From: Lama guanicoe | Taxonomy: Eukaryota | Assembly: GCA_013239625.1 (NCBI GenBank) | Contig: MU053513.1 | Span: 1,910,927 to 1,974,926, forward strand | Length of the DNA stretch: 64,000 bases | Direction of reading: 5' to 3' | In this document: positions 25,530 through 39,835 of the stretch, piece by piece | How positions within the stretch are numbered: position 1 is the stretch's first letter | How the letters are laid out: every line of letters starts with the position of its first letter | The notes under the pieces: generated by a model | Seen by the model: the letters and a program-made list of their open reading frames with translations, nothing else | The model's database searches: none | Told to the model about the DNA's origin: nothing | Made by a program: the position numbers and the translations under genes

Positions 25530-28250
25530 TTAAATGGACTTAACTTTTTAGTACAGTTTTAGATTTACAGAAAAGAAGTACAAAAATTCCCATATACTCT
25601 ACCCTGTTTCCTCTGTTAACATCTTACATTAGTGTAACATTTATTATAATTAGTGAATTGGTAGATTTTTATCAATTATATATAATATCTAGTTTAATCA
25701 GTATGTATAATACGTAAAATATGTTAAACCCCACACTGTATTCAGAGTCCCTTAGTTCTTTTGCCCAATATCCTTCTGTTCTGGAATCCCATTTAGTATA
25801 CCACATTACTAACAGTTGTCATGTCTCCTTAGGCTTCTCTTGGTTGTGGCAGTTTTTCAGACTTGGCTATTGACGACCTGGGCAATTTTGAGGGATACTG
25901 GTTAATTATTCATAGCTGTCTCTGTGTTGTAATTTGTCTGATGTTTTCCTCATGATTACACTAGGGTCGTGGGTTTTTGAGAGGAAGACCACAGAGGTGA
26001 AGTGCCATTTTTATCCTGTTATACCAAGAGATAGACTTTTAATACTATTCATTGCTGTTGATGACCTTGATCACCTGGCTGAGGTGATGCCTCTCAGGTT
26101 TCTCATTGTAAAGTTATTCTCCTGCTGCTTTCCATATTGTATTGTTTGGAAAGAAATCACTGCACACTTACAGGGCAGAGTGTCTATATAAATTATTTGA
26201 CATTCCTCTGCATGGGAAATTTTACCCCCTCTTTTCCTTTCATTAATTTACTCAGTCACTTATTTATATCAGTATGGACTCATAGAAATCTGTTTTTATA
26301 CCTTGGGGTATCATTTAATGCTACTTTATTTTATTGCTCAAGTTGTTCCAGCTTTGGTCATTGGGAACCTTTCTCTTGGCTCCTGTGCCCCATTAAGGAG
26401 TGTATTTTTGTTGTGTGTGTTTGTGTGCTTTTTGAGCACTTTCTTACTTTCTGGCACTTCAAAATACTCTAGACTCGTCTTGTATATTTCCTGCCCCCGT
26501 CTTAGAAACAGCCCTCTCTTCAAGGAACCCCAGTTCCTTTTATTGGAAAACGATAGTAGAAGCCAGTATTTGGGTGCTATGTGTGCTCACTGATACTAGG
26601 TTTTGAGCTTTTATTTAGTTGTCTCAGCTCATAGAGTAAGAAAATACATGTGTGTATACAAACCTGTATATCTATGCACATATCTGTCAATCTGTATGTA
26701 ATCATCTGTAATCTATACCAAACTAAACATGAGTTCATATTTTGACTTTACCTCTAGCTCCAAACAGGCATACCTTGTTTTATTGCCCTTGGCGAATAAT
26801 TGTCTTTTTTATAAATTGAAGATTTTGACAAGCCTGCATTGAACAAGTTTATTACCACCGTTTTTCCTACAGTTTTTCCTCATTTTGCATCTTTGTGTTA
26901 CATTTTGGTATTGCAATATTTCAAACTCTCCACCAGCAAAAGAAGATTACAACATGTTGAAGGCTCAGGTAATAGTTAGCATTCTTCTTTTTTTTTTTTT
27001 TAGCAATACGGTATTTTAAAATTAAGGTTTGTACATTTTCTTTCAGTTATAATGTTACCACATACTTAATAGAGTATAGTATAGTGTAAGTATAACTTTT
27101 ATAAGTGCTTGGAAACCAAAAAGTTTGACTCTACTGTGTTATTCACGTTATTGCAGTAGTCTATAACTGAACCTAAAATATCTCTCAGGTATGCCTGTGT
27201 ATTACCACGTGGATCATTATAATCACTTTACCTTGCTTATTTGTAAATTCCCAACAGTGACAAAGCTGGCTTTCTCCACTTGCCATCCATTTAATTTTTT
27301 AGTTGTACGGTAACATCAGAATCATCAGCCTATATCTTTGTGGGAAATAACTTAATGAACTCAAAGTAGTTCTTCTGTGCAAGTACTTTTAGTTTTACAG
27401 GTTTTACTTATTTCCAAAATTACATAGGTCAGGACTTTATTCTTCTACTCCCTTCAGTGCCTTCAAACATTTGTAATACAAGTAGATCCTTTTGTCACAG
27501 TTTGCATTCCTGACCTCCTAAAAGAGTTTATAAAATTTGCATACACTCATTCTCTGTATTGTAAAGTTCTGTGGGTTTTCACAAATGCGTATTGTCATGT
27601 TTTCACCATTACAGTGTCATATAGAATAGTTTACTGCTCTAAAAATCTCCTTTGGAAAAAAAAAAAAACCCCAAAACTTTTGCTTCACCTTTTCCACCCT
27701 CTTCCCCTATTTCTGAACTTCTGGGAACCAGTGATCTTTTTACTGCCTCCACAGTTTTGCCTATTTCAGAATGTCACATGCAGTATGAAGCTTTTTCAGA
27801 CTGGCTTCTTTCACTGAGCCGCATGCACTTAAGGTTCATCCATGTCTTTTTGTGATGTGGTAGCTCATTTCTTTTTATTTCTGAATAATAGTCCATTTTA
27901 TGGATGTGCCACAGCTTGTTTGCCCATTTACCTATTGAGGGACATCTTGGTTGCTTCTCAATTTTTGCGATTATGAATAAAATTGTTATAAATGTTTGCA
28001 TGCAGGTTTTGTGTGGGTATCAGTGAAGAAAAATACCTAAACGTGCACTTGATAGATCTTATGGTAAGACTATGTTTAGTTTTGTAGGAAACTGCCAGAT
28101 TGTCTTCCAAAGTAGCTGTTCCAGTTTGCATTCCCATGAGTAGTGAATGAGACTTCCTCATTCTTGAGTTAATCCGTATCCTCATCAGCATTTGGTATTT
28201 TCAGGTTTTTGGATTTAAACCAATCTAATCTAATCTGTGTGTGGTAGCCT
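25530..28250 (-). mobile_element. Older L1 (L1M-type) 3' region, interrupted by a Tigger element
   Basis: Minus-strand ORF 27774-28001 (KQPRCPSIGKWANKLWHIH...WMNLKCMRLSERSQ) matches the L1 ORF2 C-terminal motif; long 3'UTR. Confidence 0.85.
26765..27197 (+). mobile_element. Internally deleted Tigger1-type (TcMar) DNA transposon
   Basis: Terminal inverted repeats CAGGCATACCT...AGGTATGCCTG; about 433 bp; no transposase ORF. Confidence 0.85.
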
Positions 28251-30902
28251 TCCTGAATTTTTAATGTAAATACAGCAGAGACTTTCTGTGCTATGTAAAA
28301 ATATTTACTGTGCTGGACATTTCATGCAGGTAATGTTTTTGTAAACTTTTTTCGTAAATGAATAATTTTAAGGGCTTTGGGGAGTGTTTCCTAAAGATCC
28401 TGTTGGTAATTTCTAAAGCAAAGAATTTTTTTTGCATAATTAGTTTCCTTGTTATAAATCTGTTCTCTATCAAAAGTGAAGCTTTTGTTACAAGAATAGT
28501 GAGGTGTTTATCATGAGAACTAGAAATTTCTCAGTAACATATTCCTCTGTATTTTGTGTTACTATATGTATTATTAAAATTAAAATTTTTAATTTTAAAA
28601 TTTATTTTATTAAAATATATTAAAATTAAAAAATTTAGATTTATTTTTTCAAAAGATAAAGTAATAATTTTATTTTATGATGTAATTATGAGGCCTTTAT
28701 TTCTTTTATGTCTCACATTTTCCATAATGTTTCTATTATGTAACTAGAAAATATTTTTTAAATTAAGCATGTGAGATTTATTCTCATAGAGATATTAGAA
28801 GAGGCTTAATAAAGAATTTTAGCTCTCCCCAAAATATCTCTGTTTTCTTGTGTTGTGCTAAGGAGGAAAGAACACTTAAGATGTAGGACCAAGGGATGTT
28901 GGCATGGGTCTCAATCCTGGGCTGACCAGTCATGCAGATGTCACTTCATCTCTTTGAACTTGATTTTATTCAGTTGTGCGATGGAGAGGTTGTGCATATT
29001 TTACCCTTGACGTGGTACCTTGTAGTTCTAAAATTACATGATTCTGTGGCACCTGTGGTTGCTATTTTGTTAATTTTGCTTTGAATATTTTTTTCTTAAG
29101 CTTACACTCTTTCATAGCCTCTTTTATAGCATTGGATGTGTCTTGATAAGCTGCTGTAGGAAACAGTGGCTAAATAATCAAAAAATTGTATTATTCGGTA
29201 GCAATCTACATAGGTTTAAAAAATACATTTTAAAATATTTTATATTTATTGAAGCTGATATCATTAGTATTACTGGAAGATCTTAGCTGAGATAAGCATT
29301 CTAAAAATGATTTTCTATGTTTTTAATAGCTTTTTTGGGTAGGGCTTGCTATACTTTTTTAAAGGTGTCATGCAGACTGTACGTCAGAGTCAGCAGTGCA
29401 GATTTAACTGCTTCTTTTGTATTTGTTGAGTTATTGTGGTGTTTAGTCTAAGGGTCCTTTGAAAATGTTAATATGTTGAAAGTAGATTGTAGGGTGTACT
29501 GAAAGAGATCCTAGTTAAACTTTTAAGTTTTAAAAATTTTAATATGAATTAAGTATAGAAGTAATCAGGGAATATTTAGGCTATACCCTCTCTGATATAC
29601 CAGGAAGAGCATTCTTGGTATATGTTTATGCGGGGTCAGGACGTGTCGCAAGTAGAGGAGAAGGTCAGGAGAACCTGTTCTTTCTTGCTCGTATCTGAAT
29701 AGCAGCGACTGTCGATGAACCACTGTGGTTCCTTATTCTCTACACACCCAGGCACATACTAGGAAATTACTATACACAGCTGAGAAGCAGGATTTAAAAA
29801 TAGATTTTCCCCTCTTTTCTTTAAAGGAATGAAAGGAATAGCAGGGGAGAATAAGGCGTTTTATTTCTCTTGATTCTAATACAATCAGGGTATTTATTAC
29901 ATTATTTAAGATCTGGTCTTCACAAGTTTTTTCTATGGTTGGGACTATGAAAGTATAATTCAGCTAAATGCAACTGAAAATAAGCTTCTATTCAAGAGAA
30001 ATCTCAGTTATACTAACATTTCTTTGGAGATGGAAGAGTTATTCCTTTATGCTGTTATGTTAGGGATTTTGTGTTTAGATCAGTAAGTTAACAGCAGCTA
30101 GATGATATTTTAATCATTTACTGAAGGTAAAACCCTCCAACTATAACCCAGAGAAGTGGTAAAAGTAAAGACCATCAGACGCTTTAAATACTTCCTATGA
30201 GGGCACACTCTGTAAATCCTGGTTTTCTTGGCACGGATAATTTTCTTTTTCTCTCAGCTATGAAAAATAAATGGTATTTCTATTTTTAATATACAGGCTA
30301 CTATTTTCTAACCAGATTATATTTTTGCCTTTAGGGTTTTTTTCAATCAAAGCCATGTAAGTGAAAAAAAATTTTTAGTTTAAAAAAAATTGTGTGTGTG
30401 TATGATTTAAATGGAGAAAGGAGCTGATTTATAAACAAAGACAAGCATTGTTTAAATTTTTTTTTTCTGCTAGAAGCAACACAGGCATAGGGATATGTCT
30501 AAGTGTAAAGAGACTGAGGGCTGATACTGTCAAATGCTTATTGAAGGTTTTTGAGATGTGGTAAGCTTCGATTCAAACATACTTAACATTGAAAAGCAAA
30601 CAGTCAGCAAGGTTGGAGATTCAGGAAATGGGTATAGAGCATAAGGGTTTGGTGAATTGACTATTCTTACATAGCTTATTAGAAATATTACTTCTGGTAC
30701 AAGACACAGACTAAATTTGCTTTCTTGATTTATAAAGACTTAAATTTAGCTCACAAATAATGTTTAAAGATTGTATTGCTGTTATGCATTATCTTTGCCT
30801 CTTAGTTAAGATTACTTCATTCATCTCAACTGTGAGTAGTTTCTTCTCTAATATTGATAATTCCTAATGAATCTTTCTTTCTTTTTAGGATTGATATGGT
30901 AT

Positions 30903-31098
30903 AGCAGTTCTTAAGTATAGCTGCACATTTGACTCACTTAGGATGTTTACAAAGTATATGAATGCCTAGCCTTACTCTAGAAATTCTTATTTAATCTGTG
31001 GAGCCTCAGTCATCCTTCTCTCTCTCCCCCTCCCTCCATCTTTTTAAAAAGCTCTCCAAATGGTTCCAGTGTTCAACAAGGTTAGGAAATCACTGCTA
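30903..31098. mobile_element. MER5A1-like DNA transposon
   Basis: agcagttcttaag...aaggttaggaaatcactgct termini with MER5-like interior. Confidence 0.5.
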
Positions 31099-32599
31099 TA
31101 CATGGAGTAGTTTTAAAACCCATCTAAAACTTCCAGTGCTGAGGCTAATATTTTTTTTAATGATTCATCTTAAAAAGAAATTTGAAATTGATTTTTCAGC
31201 TAAAACATTTCGTCACAAAATTTCAATTTGTATTTAAGAGAAAAAGTTTTAAACTTAGAACATATATTTTCCTTTTTTCTTTTTGATCCTTAAAAATGAG
31301 TGTTAACCTTTAATTTGGCATCTGATAAGATGTCTTCTGACATTTACTAAGCATAACTACTATGATCTACAATAATACTAAAAGATTGTTATATTGCTGT
31401 AAGCCACTAAATAGCAGGCAGCATAGAATTTTAAGGGCCAGTCCAAATAGCATATGTGGGAAGTAGTTTTATTAGAGGTATGTTGTACTCTGATCATACT
31501 TTCATTAATTTGGTCATATTTTGACAAGTAGTAAGTGTCTGTAAATTATCAGAAATAGTTTCCTTTAGTCTTCATTTGTGTAAATCTTCATGTACTGAAA
31601 GACAACAGTAAAATTTATTTCATAAAAGCAATGTAAAGTTTTTGGTTAATAGTGATTATTTTTTAGCTTTGTCTTTAATTATCAAAGGTTGCATTATGTA
31701 GTTTATTCTCAGAGTAAACATTTAAAACATTGAAACCTTCAGTTCCTAAGAAGTTAATATGATCTAATCCATCTGTGGGATAGATTTGTGTCAGTTGATA
31801 TTTACTAGTTCAGCAAATATGAATTGTGTACCATATTCATGCTAGTGGAGCTGGTTGCTAGAGATATATGAACATATAGGTCACCTACTTCCATGAAATG
31901 TGGTGTATTGTGCATAATTATTGCAAGATCATTTATTTTTCTGGGAAGTTTTCTTTTGTAAAAAGAGACAGAAATATAAAGTGTTATGTGTCATCATCAC
32001 TTGAAGGTCAGTGTGAATAATGATAAACACTTAATGAAATACTAGTTAAGCCAGGAAGAGAAAGTGTTTGCTAATTAAGATCATCAAGATTTCTCCCTGC
32101 CTCCTTGTTCAGAGTCTGATATAGAAAAAATCAATACCTCAAACCTGACATTAACGTAACATTTTGGTTAAATTAATCCAATGTAAGAGTTTGAGAAAAA
32201 AAATTTATGATGTCAGATATTTTATTGTTAACTAAATTTTTATTAGTCTCTAAAATGATTGCTTAGGCCTTTTCTGTACAGAAATTTATTATAGACTTAA
32301 CATTCTGACTTTATAATGTAAAACTATAACAGGGGGCTAAGAATGTAAATCACTGGTTCTATTTGAGAATCTTGAATGGGTTACATTTTATTTAGGTATT
32401 TTATAAGTTTTGCAATTTAAATTTAAGGAAAAGTATCAGTACTTATATAATTACATGAACATTTCATCCTTTGCATGATATAAAGGATTTTGCTGCCTGA
32501 TACTTTAATTTTTTAATTTGTATTTTGGATGTCAGAAATAAGATCTTAGCTTTGATATACTGTCCTCTTTTCTTTTTTTAGAAGAAACTCTTTGAAACA

Positions 32600-32780
32600 A
32601 TGGTTCATAAACTTTATTCTGTGTAAAACTTAACTTGACTTTTTAAAAATGTGGTTTCCTGGACCTACACTCCAGAGTTTGCTTTAGTAGATTTGAGACA
32701 AGGACTAGCACCTGGATTTTTTTGACATGCATCTTGGTAATGTGGATGCATATGGTTCTTAGACCACTTTGAGAAACCTT
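32600..32780. mobile_element. MER5-family DNA transposon
   Basis: caatggttcataaactt...gaccactttgagaaacc. Confidence 0.5.
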
Positions 32781-33046
32781 GTTTTTAAATCTTTTTCTTC
32801 CACCTTTGAGAGATTCTCATGACCCTTGTGGGGTGAAAGAGAAATATCTTCACTTTGTCTGAAAGAAGGTGATATTGAGGGAAAGAGAGATATAGCAGAG
32901 ATACGTTCTTTAGAACATCTTCCATCATTTCTTTGATTCTAAGAAACAATTAAAATCTTTCAGCTCTCTGTGGAGGACTTTGGCTAATATGCAGTACCAT
33001 TTGAAGACCACAACAAAATGCCAATTCAAATTAAATGGATTTTGTT

Positions 33047-33191
33047 GAGGGAGGGGATAGCTCAGTGGTAGAGTATCTCTCTACAATGCACAAGGTCCTG
33101 GGTTCAATCTCCAGTACCTCCACTTAAAAAAAAAAGAGGAAATAAATAAACCTAATTATCTCTTCTCCTTGAAAAAAAAAAGGCAGGTTAT
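33047..33191 (+). mobile_element. tRNA-derived SINE (Vic-1-type, camelid)
   Basis: A box tagctcagtgg, B box ggttcaatctc, aaataaataaacctaatta tail; perfect 12-bp TSD ATGGATTTTGTT at 33035-33046 and 33192-33203. Confidence 0.9.
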
Positions 33192-34099
33192 ATGGATTTT
33201 GTTATGGTTAATTTAAAAATAGGCATTATTCTTACAAATACGATTTTCTAGTGGCTTAGTAGCCTAGCTGAAACTTGAATTGGTGGTTTCTTGAAGAAAT
33301 AGGCAGTTCTGGTTTTGAGAAATTACTATTTTTTGTTTTCTAGACATAGTAATTTTTATCTGTTATGTTCAGAGTCCCAGGTTTGACTAATTAATTTAAA
33401 ACTGCCTTAAAAGTAGAGTAGAGAAAATCACAGTAGCCGGTAATCATGCTCATAAATCATGGAAAAATAAATGATTGTATGTGGTTTGCATCTATTTTTG
33501 TTCTTAATTAAGTGTAGGTGAAATCCCAGTTGGTCGCCGGCGCAGTGACTTCAGTGCTAGGTGTTTAGGGAGACACGTTTTAAACCACTACACCATTTCC
33601 ATCCAAACTGTATTTTAGTCACACAGTCTTGCTTTCAGTTCTTGCAAGTATTTTGTTCCCTTTCACCATTGATCTTTTTTCTTATGTCTGCAGTGTCTCA
33701 GTTAATTATTCAGTATCTCGGGGATGTTTATGAAGCTATTACTTTTCTGTAACACTTGAGATGTGATTGCAGTGTATTTGTATATGCCTTTCCTTTTGTT
33801 TTCCTCCCTCAGTTATTGGCACAGAATAGATGGGACAACTGATAATTGGCAAATAAATATGTAGAAGAATACAAAGGTTTTTTTTTTAATTCCTTTAACA
33901 ACCCCACTTTTTCTACATTTGCCCTTATGTATCCTTGCTTTCTTTTCTTACCTGGCTTGGATTCCCTGATCTTAAACTGCATAGTTTTCTTGACAACATT
34001 TTCTCCTCCCCTCTTACTGCCTTTGTTCCTCCTGAAGAAGCATCACATACTTCTGCATATTAGTGCCACTGTAAATTTATGGTTTCCAGTTATAGTTGG

Positions 34100-35600
34100 G
34101 AGCCTGTCAGGTGCCATGAACCTTCCACATTTCCCCAGTCAGCTTTTTCTTCATGACTGTTAAAAATCTTTTTTACTTTTAAGTCACCAGCCCCTCACTC
34201 CACAGATGGCCTGGCTTTCCACTCCATGAGAAAGTAAAAGGCAGCAGAGCAGAACTACCTCAGTCAACATCTTGCCACATACTTATCTGCATCTGAACCA
34301 ATCCTTCGTGAGTGAAAGTAATAGCTTACTGATTATGCTCCTGGGAGTCAGAAAGGCTTAGCTGGGTTCAAATCCGCTGCTTGAGGCCTTGGACAAATTA
34401 CTTAACCTCATTTAAGTCTCCTCACCTACAAAAAGAGAGTAATAATACATATAGGGCTGCCAGGAATTTTAAAGGGCTGAGCATAGCATCTTACAAGTAC
34501 TAAGTTTTCAATACAAAATGATGGTGATGATGACGATAAACAGTCTTTAAACAAGTGAATGAAGGGATTTCTTTTTTCTACCTGAGGCTAAGCCTTCTGC
34601 CCGTGAGCTGGGACCTATCCCCTCTTGCTTTCTTTTAGAGACCTTCCTGGGTTTATTATTAATCTCGACTGAGTTTTCAGAACCAACCTTTCTAATGGGC
34701 CCTTTCCCATCCGCATTTTAACATGCTTAAGTCTTCCTTGATTTAAAAATTATCTTTTCATTTCCCAAATACTTTTCAACTACTGTCCTACTTACCTTCT
34801 CCCCTTCAGAGCTGAATTGCTTTAATAAACTGATTCTACCTTCTGTTTCTCCTTTGTTCACCTTTCACTCAATCCTAAAGTGTTGAAGTCTAGACTCAGC
34901 CTCCCATCACACCACGAAAGTGACTGACTTAGTGATTTCCTTGTATGAAGTCCAGTGGACATATCTCATCTTTTACCTTAGATTTCTTTAATTAAAAGTT
35001 GCTTTAGCAGGCCCTCCTTGAAACTTTTTTTTTTTGATGTAACTTTGTTCAGACAGTCATCGAGTGCTATAAAGCCTACCTTATAAATCTCTCAAATTAC
35101 CCACTTACCTCGTTCTGTCTCCACCCCCACTGCCTTAATACAGTCCCTCTTTCCCCTGGGTCATTACAGTAACAGCTCATTAATTGGTCTCCCTCTGCAG
35201 TCTTGCTCAACTCTAATCCCCTCTCCTTATTCTGATGTGAATGGTCTTTGTAAAATGCAAACTTTTTTCTTCAGCTTAAGAACTCTTTCTTAGCTTTCCA
35301 GCTTCCCATTGCCCTTAAAATCAGGTTCAGCCTTGGCTTTTACCTATGTGATTTTCTCTTACAAACATTAATCATTATAATTCTTGCAAATTTTTGAAAC
35401 TTGGGGATTTTACAAACTTTTTCTTGTTTTTCAGTGTTTAAATAAGCAATACCTTCTTACAGATACACACCCTCTTACCTAAATTGTAATGATCTTGAGG
35501 GTAGGGCTGCATTTGACTATACTTGTATCCTTCAGGAACAGCTGATAAAGTGTTCTTTATAAAATGAGGGTGCTTGCTTAAGTGTTTGAATGGGTTCATA
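34100..35600 (+). mobile_element. Degenerate L2 fragments with an inserted MIR (~34330-34510)
   Basis: Pyrimidine-rich L2-like motifs (aagtccagtggaca...; taattggtctccct; gatcttgagggtaggg) and MIR core gctgggttcaaatcc...ttggacaaattacttaacctc. Confidence 0.55.
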
Positions 35601-36699
35601 TAAGTTCAAGCTCATATTACATTTTTTTTGAGCAGCCACTTCACACTTCAACTTCATAATTGAACATAGGATCAGCTGGGAGGCTCACAGTTTTTGTCAC
35701 CATTTTGGGTAAGTTCATGCTGTCCTGTACAGTCTAGTTGTTTTGTAGTTCAATTCCAGATTTTTTTGTTTGTACAGTTAAATTTCATCTTGTCTAGTAT
35801 TCTAGCTTACTTATTACTTTTTAATCCTCATTTTTTTTCATCTACAGTATTTGCTATCTTCAGCTTCATGTCATCCATGAATTTGGCACGTTTGCCTTTT
35901 GTGTGACCATCTAAATCTTAAGGATTGAAGCTATGTATACCTTTAGCATACCTAAAGAAATCACAAGGCCATATATGCCATTAAAACAGTATTATATGTG
36001 AGCAGTTATTTAACCACTGAAAAGTCATCCATCCAAATAACTACTCAGATCATATTTTCTTTTGAGGTTTTTGTTTGTTTTTATCTTTGTGAGCACGTTC
36101 TGTCTTGTGAAACTTAATATCCTAGGGGACAGTATTAAAGATGTAGAAAAATGCCGTTTCTCTCAAGGATTGCACAGCATAATAAATGAGATAAGACATT
36201 CATTTTAAAAACTAGAGTGATAGGTGTACCTAAAAATTCCTGCCTTTTTTAGTGATTTAGGGAACAACCAGTTCCTTTTGTAAACCACAGTCATTATATT
36301 CCAGATAATTTCGTTTTGGAAGTAACTTCTGTAAGAGAAAAGTCATTAATGTTTCATGAGCAGACATTGTGGAGTAGGGGAAACTAAACCTTTAGATCTT
36401 CTAAAATACCTTCTGCTCTGAGAGCACTTCCTTGGCATACTTCTCACTATGGGCAAAGCTGATAAACCCAAGTCTTAAATAAGATTCTGTATGACATAAA
36501 CAGTGACTTAATGCTGTATTTATGTATACAGTATAAACTGACTTCATTTTAAATTCAGGAACAATGCAAAATAATGATTGACCAGAGTGGAACAAATGTC
36601 TTATAATACTAGAATGTTTCACTTTGAAAAAGCTTTTGCAATCACTTATCTGGTTCTTTCTAATCATTTTATGGCTGAGGAAGCTAAGGCCCAAGTTTT

Positions 36700-38522
36700 T
36701 TTTTTTTTTAATGTATTTATTGAAGTATAGTCAGTTTACAATGTTGTGTCAATTTCTGGTGTACAGCACAATACTTCAGTCATATGGGAACATACATATA
36801 TTCATTTTCTTACTCTTTTTCACCATAAGTTACAAGATACTGAATATAGTTTCCTATGCCATACAGTATAAACTTGTTGTTTATCTATTTTATATATATT
36901 AGTTAGTATCTGGAAACTTGAGTTCCCAATGTATCCCTTCCTACTCCCTTCCCCCCACCCCCACTCTGGTAACTGTTTGTTTGTTTTTTACATCTGTGAG
37001 TCTATTTCTGTTTTGTAAATAAGTTCCATTCCCTTTTTTGGATTCCATATATAAATGATATCATATGGTATTTTTCTTTCTCTTTCTGGCTTTCAGGTCC
37101 ATCGTGTTGCTACAAATGGCATTATTTTATTCTTTTTTATGACTGAATAGTATTCCCTTGTATAAATATACCACAACTTCTTTATCCAGTCATCTGTTGA
37201 TGGGCATTAGGTTGTTTCCATGTCTTGGCTATTGTAAATAGTGCTGCTGTGAACATTGGGCTGCATGCATGTATCTTTTTGAATTAAGGTTCCCTCTGGA
37301 TATATGCCCAGGAGTGGGACTGCTGGATCATATGGTAGGTCTATTTTTAGTCTTTTGAGGAATCTTCATACTGTTTTCCATAACAACTGCACCAAACTAC
37401 TTTCCCACCAACAGTGTAGGAGGGCTCCCTTTTCTCCACACCCTCTCCAGCATTTATTGTTTGTGGACTTTTGAATGATGGCCATTCTGTCTGGCGTGAG
37501 ATGATAGCTCATGTAGTTTGGATTTGCATTTCTCTGATAATTAGCGATATTGAGCATTTTTTCATGTGCCTATTGGCCATTAGGATGTCTTCACTGGGTA
37601 ATTGCTTAATTTAGGTCTTCTGCCCATTTTTGGATTGGTTTTTTTTTTTTTTCTTATTAAGTTGTATGAGCTGTTTATATATTCTGGAGATTAAGCCCTT
37701 GTCAGTCTCATCTTTTGCAAATATTTTCTCCCATTCTGTAGGTTGTCTTTTTGTTTTGCTTATGGTTTCCTTTTTTATGCAAAAGCTTATAAATTTAATT
37801 AGGTGCCATTTGTTTATTTTTGCTTTTATTTCTATTGCTTGGGTAGATTGCCCTAGGAGAACATTGCTGAGATTTATGTCAGATAATGTTTTGCGTATGT
37901 TTTCTTTTAAGAGGTTTATAGTGTTTTGTCTTATGTTTGAGTCTTTAAGCCATTTTGAGGGGTTTTTTTTTGTGTGGTGTGAGGGAGCATTCTAACTTCA
38001 TTGATTTACATGCTGCTGTCCAGTTTTCCCAACACCATTTGCTAAAGAGACTGTCTTTATTCCATTGTATGTTCTTGCCTCCTTTGTCAAAGATTAATTG
38101 ACCAAAAGTTTGTGGGTTTATTTCTGGGTTCTCTGTGCTTTTCCATTGATCCATATGTCTATTTTTGTACCAATACCATGCTGTTTTAATTTGATTACTG
38201 TAGTTCTGTAGTATTATCTGAAGTCTGGGAGGGTTATTCCTTCAGCTTTGTTCTTTTTCTTCAGTAATGCTTTGGCAATTCTGGGTCTTTTGTGAGTCCA
38301 TATAAATTTTAGGATTATTTGTTCTAATTCTGTGAAAAATGTCCTGGGTAATTTGATAGGGATCACATTAAATCTGTAGGTTGCTTTGGGCAGTATGGCC
38401 ATTTTTAACAATATTAATTCTTCCAATCCAAGAACATGGGATCTCTTTCCATTTCTTTGTCATCTATAATTTCCTTAGTCAGTTCTCCGCACATAAGTCT
38501 CACTTCCCTGGTCAGATTTATT
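36700..38522 (-). mobile_element. Young 5'-truncated L1 (~1.8 kb) with frameshifted ORF2 C-terminus
   Basis: Minus-strand peptides ([72 protein letters not shown]) are L1 ORF2; poly-T and TSD ccaagtttt at 36691-36699 and 38523-38531. Confidence 0.95.
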
Positions 38523-38739
38523 CCAAGTTTTAATGAGTTGAATAAGGTCTCATGTTAGTTGCTGATGTTGCTGGGACTCCTATGTGAATCTTAAATAAAG
38601 TGCAAAAAGAGTAGAAGGGATCTCGCTGCAACATTTTCTTCCTAGAAAATTTTCACTTAAAAAAAGGTACAGTATCTCATGTAAATAACAGTAATGAAAT
38701 ACTTACATACAGATGTAATTATGAAATCAAAAAATCTGT

Positions 38740-39570
38740 AATTGTTTAACCACAGTATAAATTAAGAAATACAATACAGACAGCACTCCAGAAGTCCTCT
38801 GTGAATAGTTCCTCAGTTACACCCTTTTCCTCTTCTCAGAGATAATCACTGTCTTATTTTCATGAAAATCCTTCTTTGCTGTTATAAAGGGGTTTACCAC
38901 CTATGTGCTTATTCATATAGTTTAGTTTAATTTTTGGATCATACTGTATGTGCTCTTTTTTGATACATTAGGACATTTATCTATATTCATATAAATAGAC
39001 GTAGGTTGTCCATTTTCACTGTTGTATAGTATCCCATTGTAGAACCATACCAAAGTTTATCCATTCTGCTTAGATGGACGTTTGGGGCTGTTATGAATAA
39101 GACTGCCAAAAATATATGCTGCTGTGTATATTCAAGAGTTTCTCGAGGTTACTTTGCTACATATGGGATGTCTGGATCTTCGGGTATGTATATGTTTAGC
39201 CTTATTAGTTAATTATGAACAGATTACAAACACTCTGGGAGGGCTGTTTATTTCCTGTTCACCCTCATTCTTGGGGTATAACCCTTCAGGATCCCAGGCC
39301 AAAGCATAAGCTGATTTCTCAGAGCCTCACCCTTGGTAGGCCCTCGACTCTGGCTTTGATCTTTTACCATTTTAAGCTATCAAAAGCACTGCTCAGCCTC
39401 TCATCTCTTCTGCATCAGTAAATTATTTCTGGACAAAAGTGCCCCACGACATGCTTCCATCTTCTCAGGGGTCTTGACCTAGTAATACTTAGGGTTCTCT
39501 TTGATGCTTTTAAGAGCTTTTAACATATTTTTTCCCCTTCAATGAAGGGCTTATTCTGAATTTGCCTAGT
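38740..39570 (-). mobile_element. Old L1 (L1ME-type) fragments
   Basis: cattttcactgttgtatagtatcccattgt...ttatccattctgcttagatggacgtttggg. Confidence 0.6.
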
Positions 39571-39661
39571 CTACATTTTCTGAATTTGTCCTTAATGAGA
39601 TTTTAATTTTAGTTATTATATTTTTAGAGTTTGAATTTTCTTCCTTTTCAAGGCTACATAC

Positions 39662-39835
39662 TCTTTTTTTTAATTAAAATATAGTCAATTTACAATGTTG
39701 TGTCAGTTTCTGGTGTACAGCATAATGGTTCAGTGATACGTATTCATACATATATTCATTTTTCATTGTAGGTTACTACAAGATAGTGAATACAGTTCCC
39801 TGTGCTCTGCAGAAGACACTTGTTGTTTATCTACT
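39662..39835 (-). mobile_element. Short young L1 3' fragment
   Basis: atagtcaatttacaatgttgtgtcagtttctggtgtacagc, same family as 25061 and 36700. Confidence 0.8.

Noticed and set aside
28560..28680. AT-only inverted repeats / cruciform
   Set aside because: Low-complexity A/T sequence produces such symmetry trivially
33047..33125. tRNA gene (also at 40455, 47460 and 52473)
   Set aside because: Degenerate tRNA-like SINE heads with shared non-tRNA tails and TSDs
37366..38426. Protein-coding gene or active retrotransposon on the minus strand
   Set aside because: Frameshifted fragments of a 5'-truncated L1 ORF2; no ORF1, endonuclease or promoter
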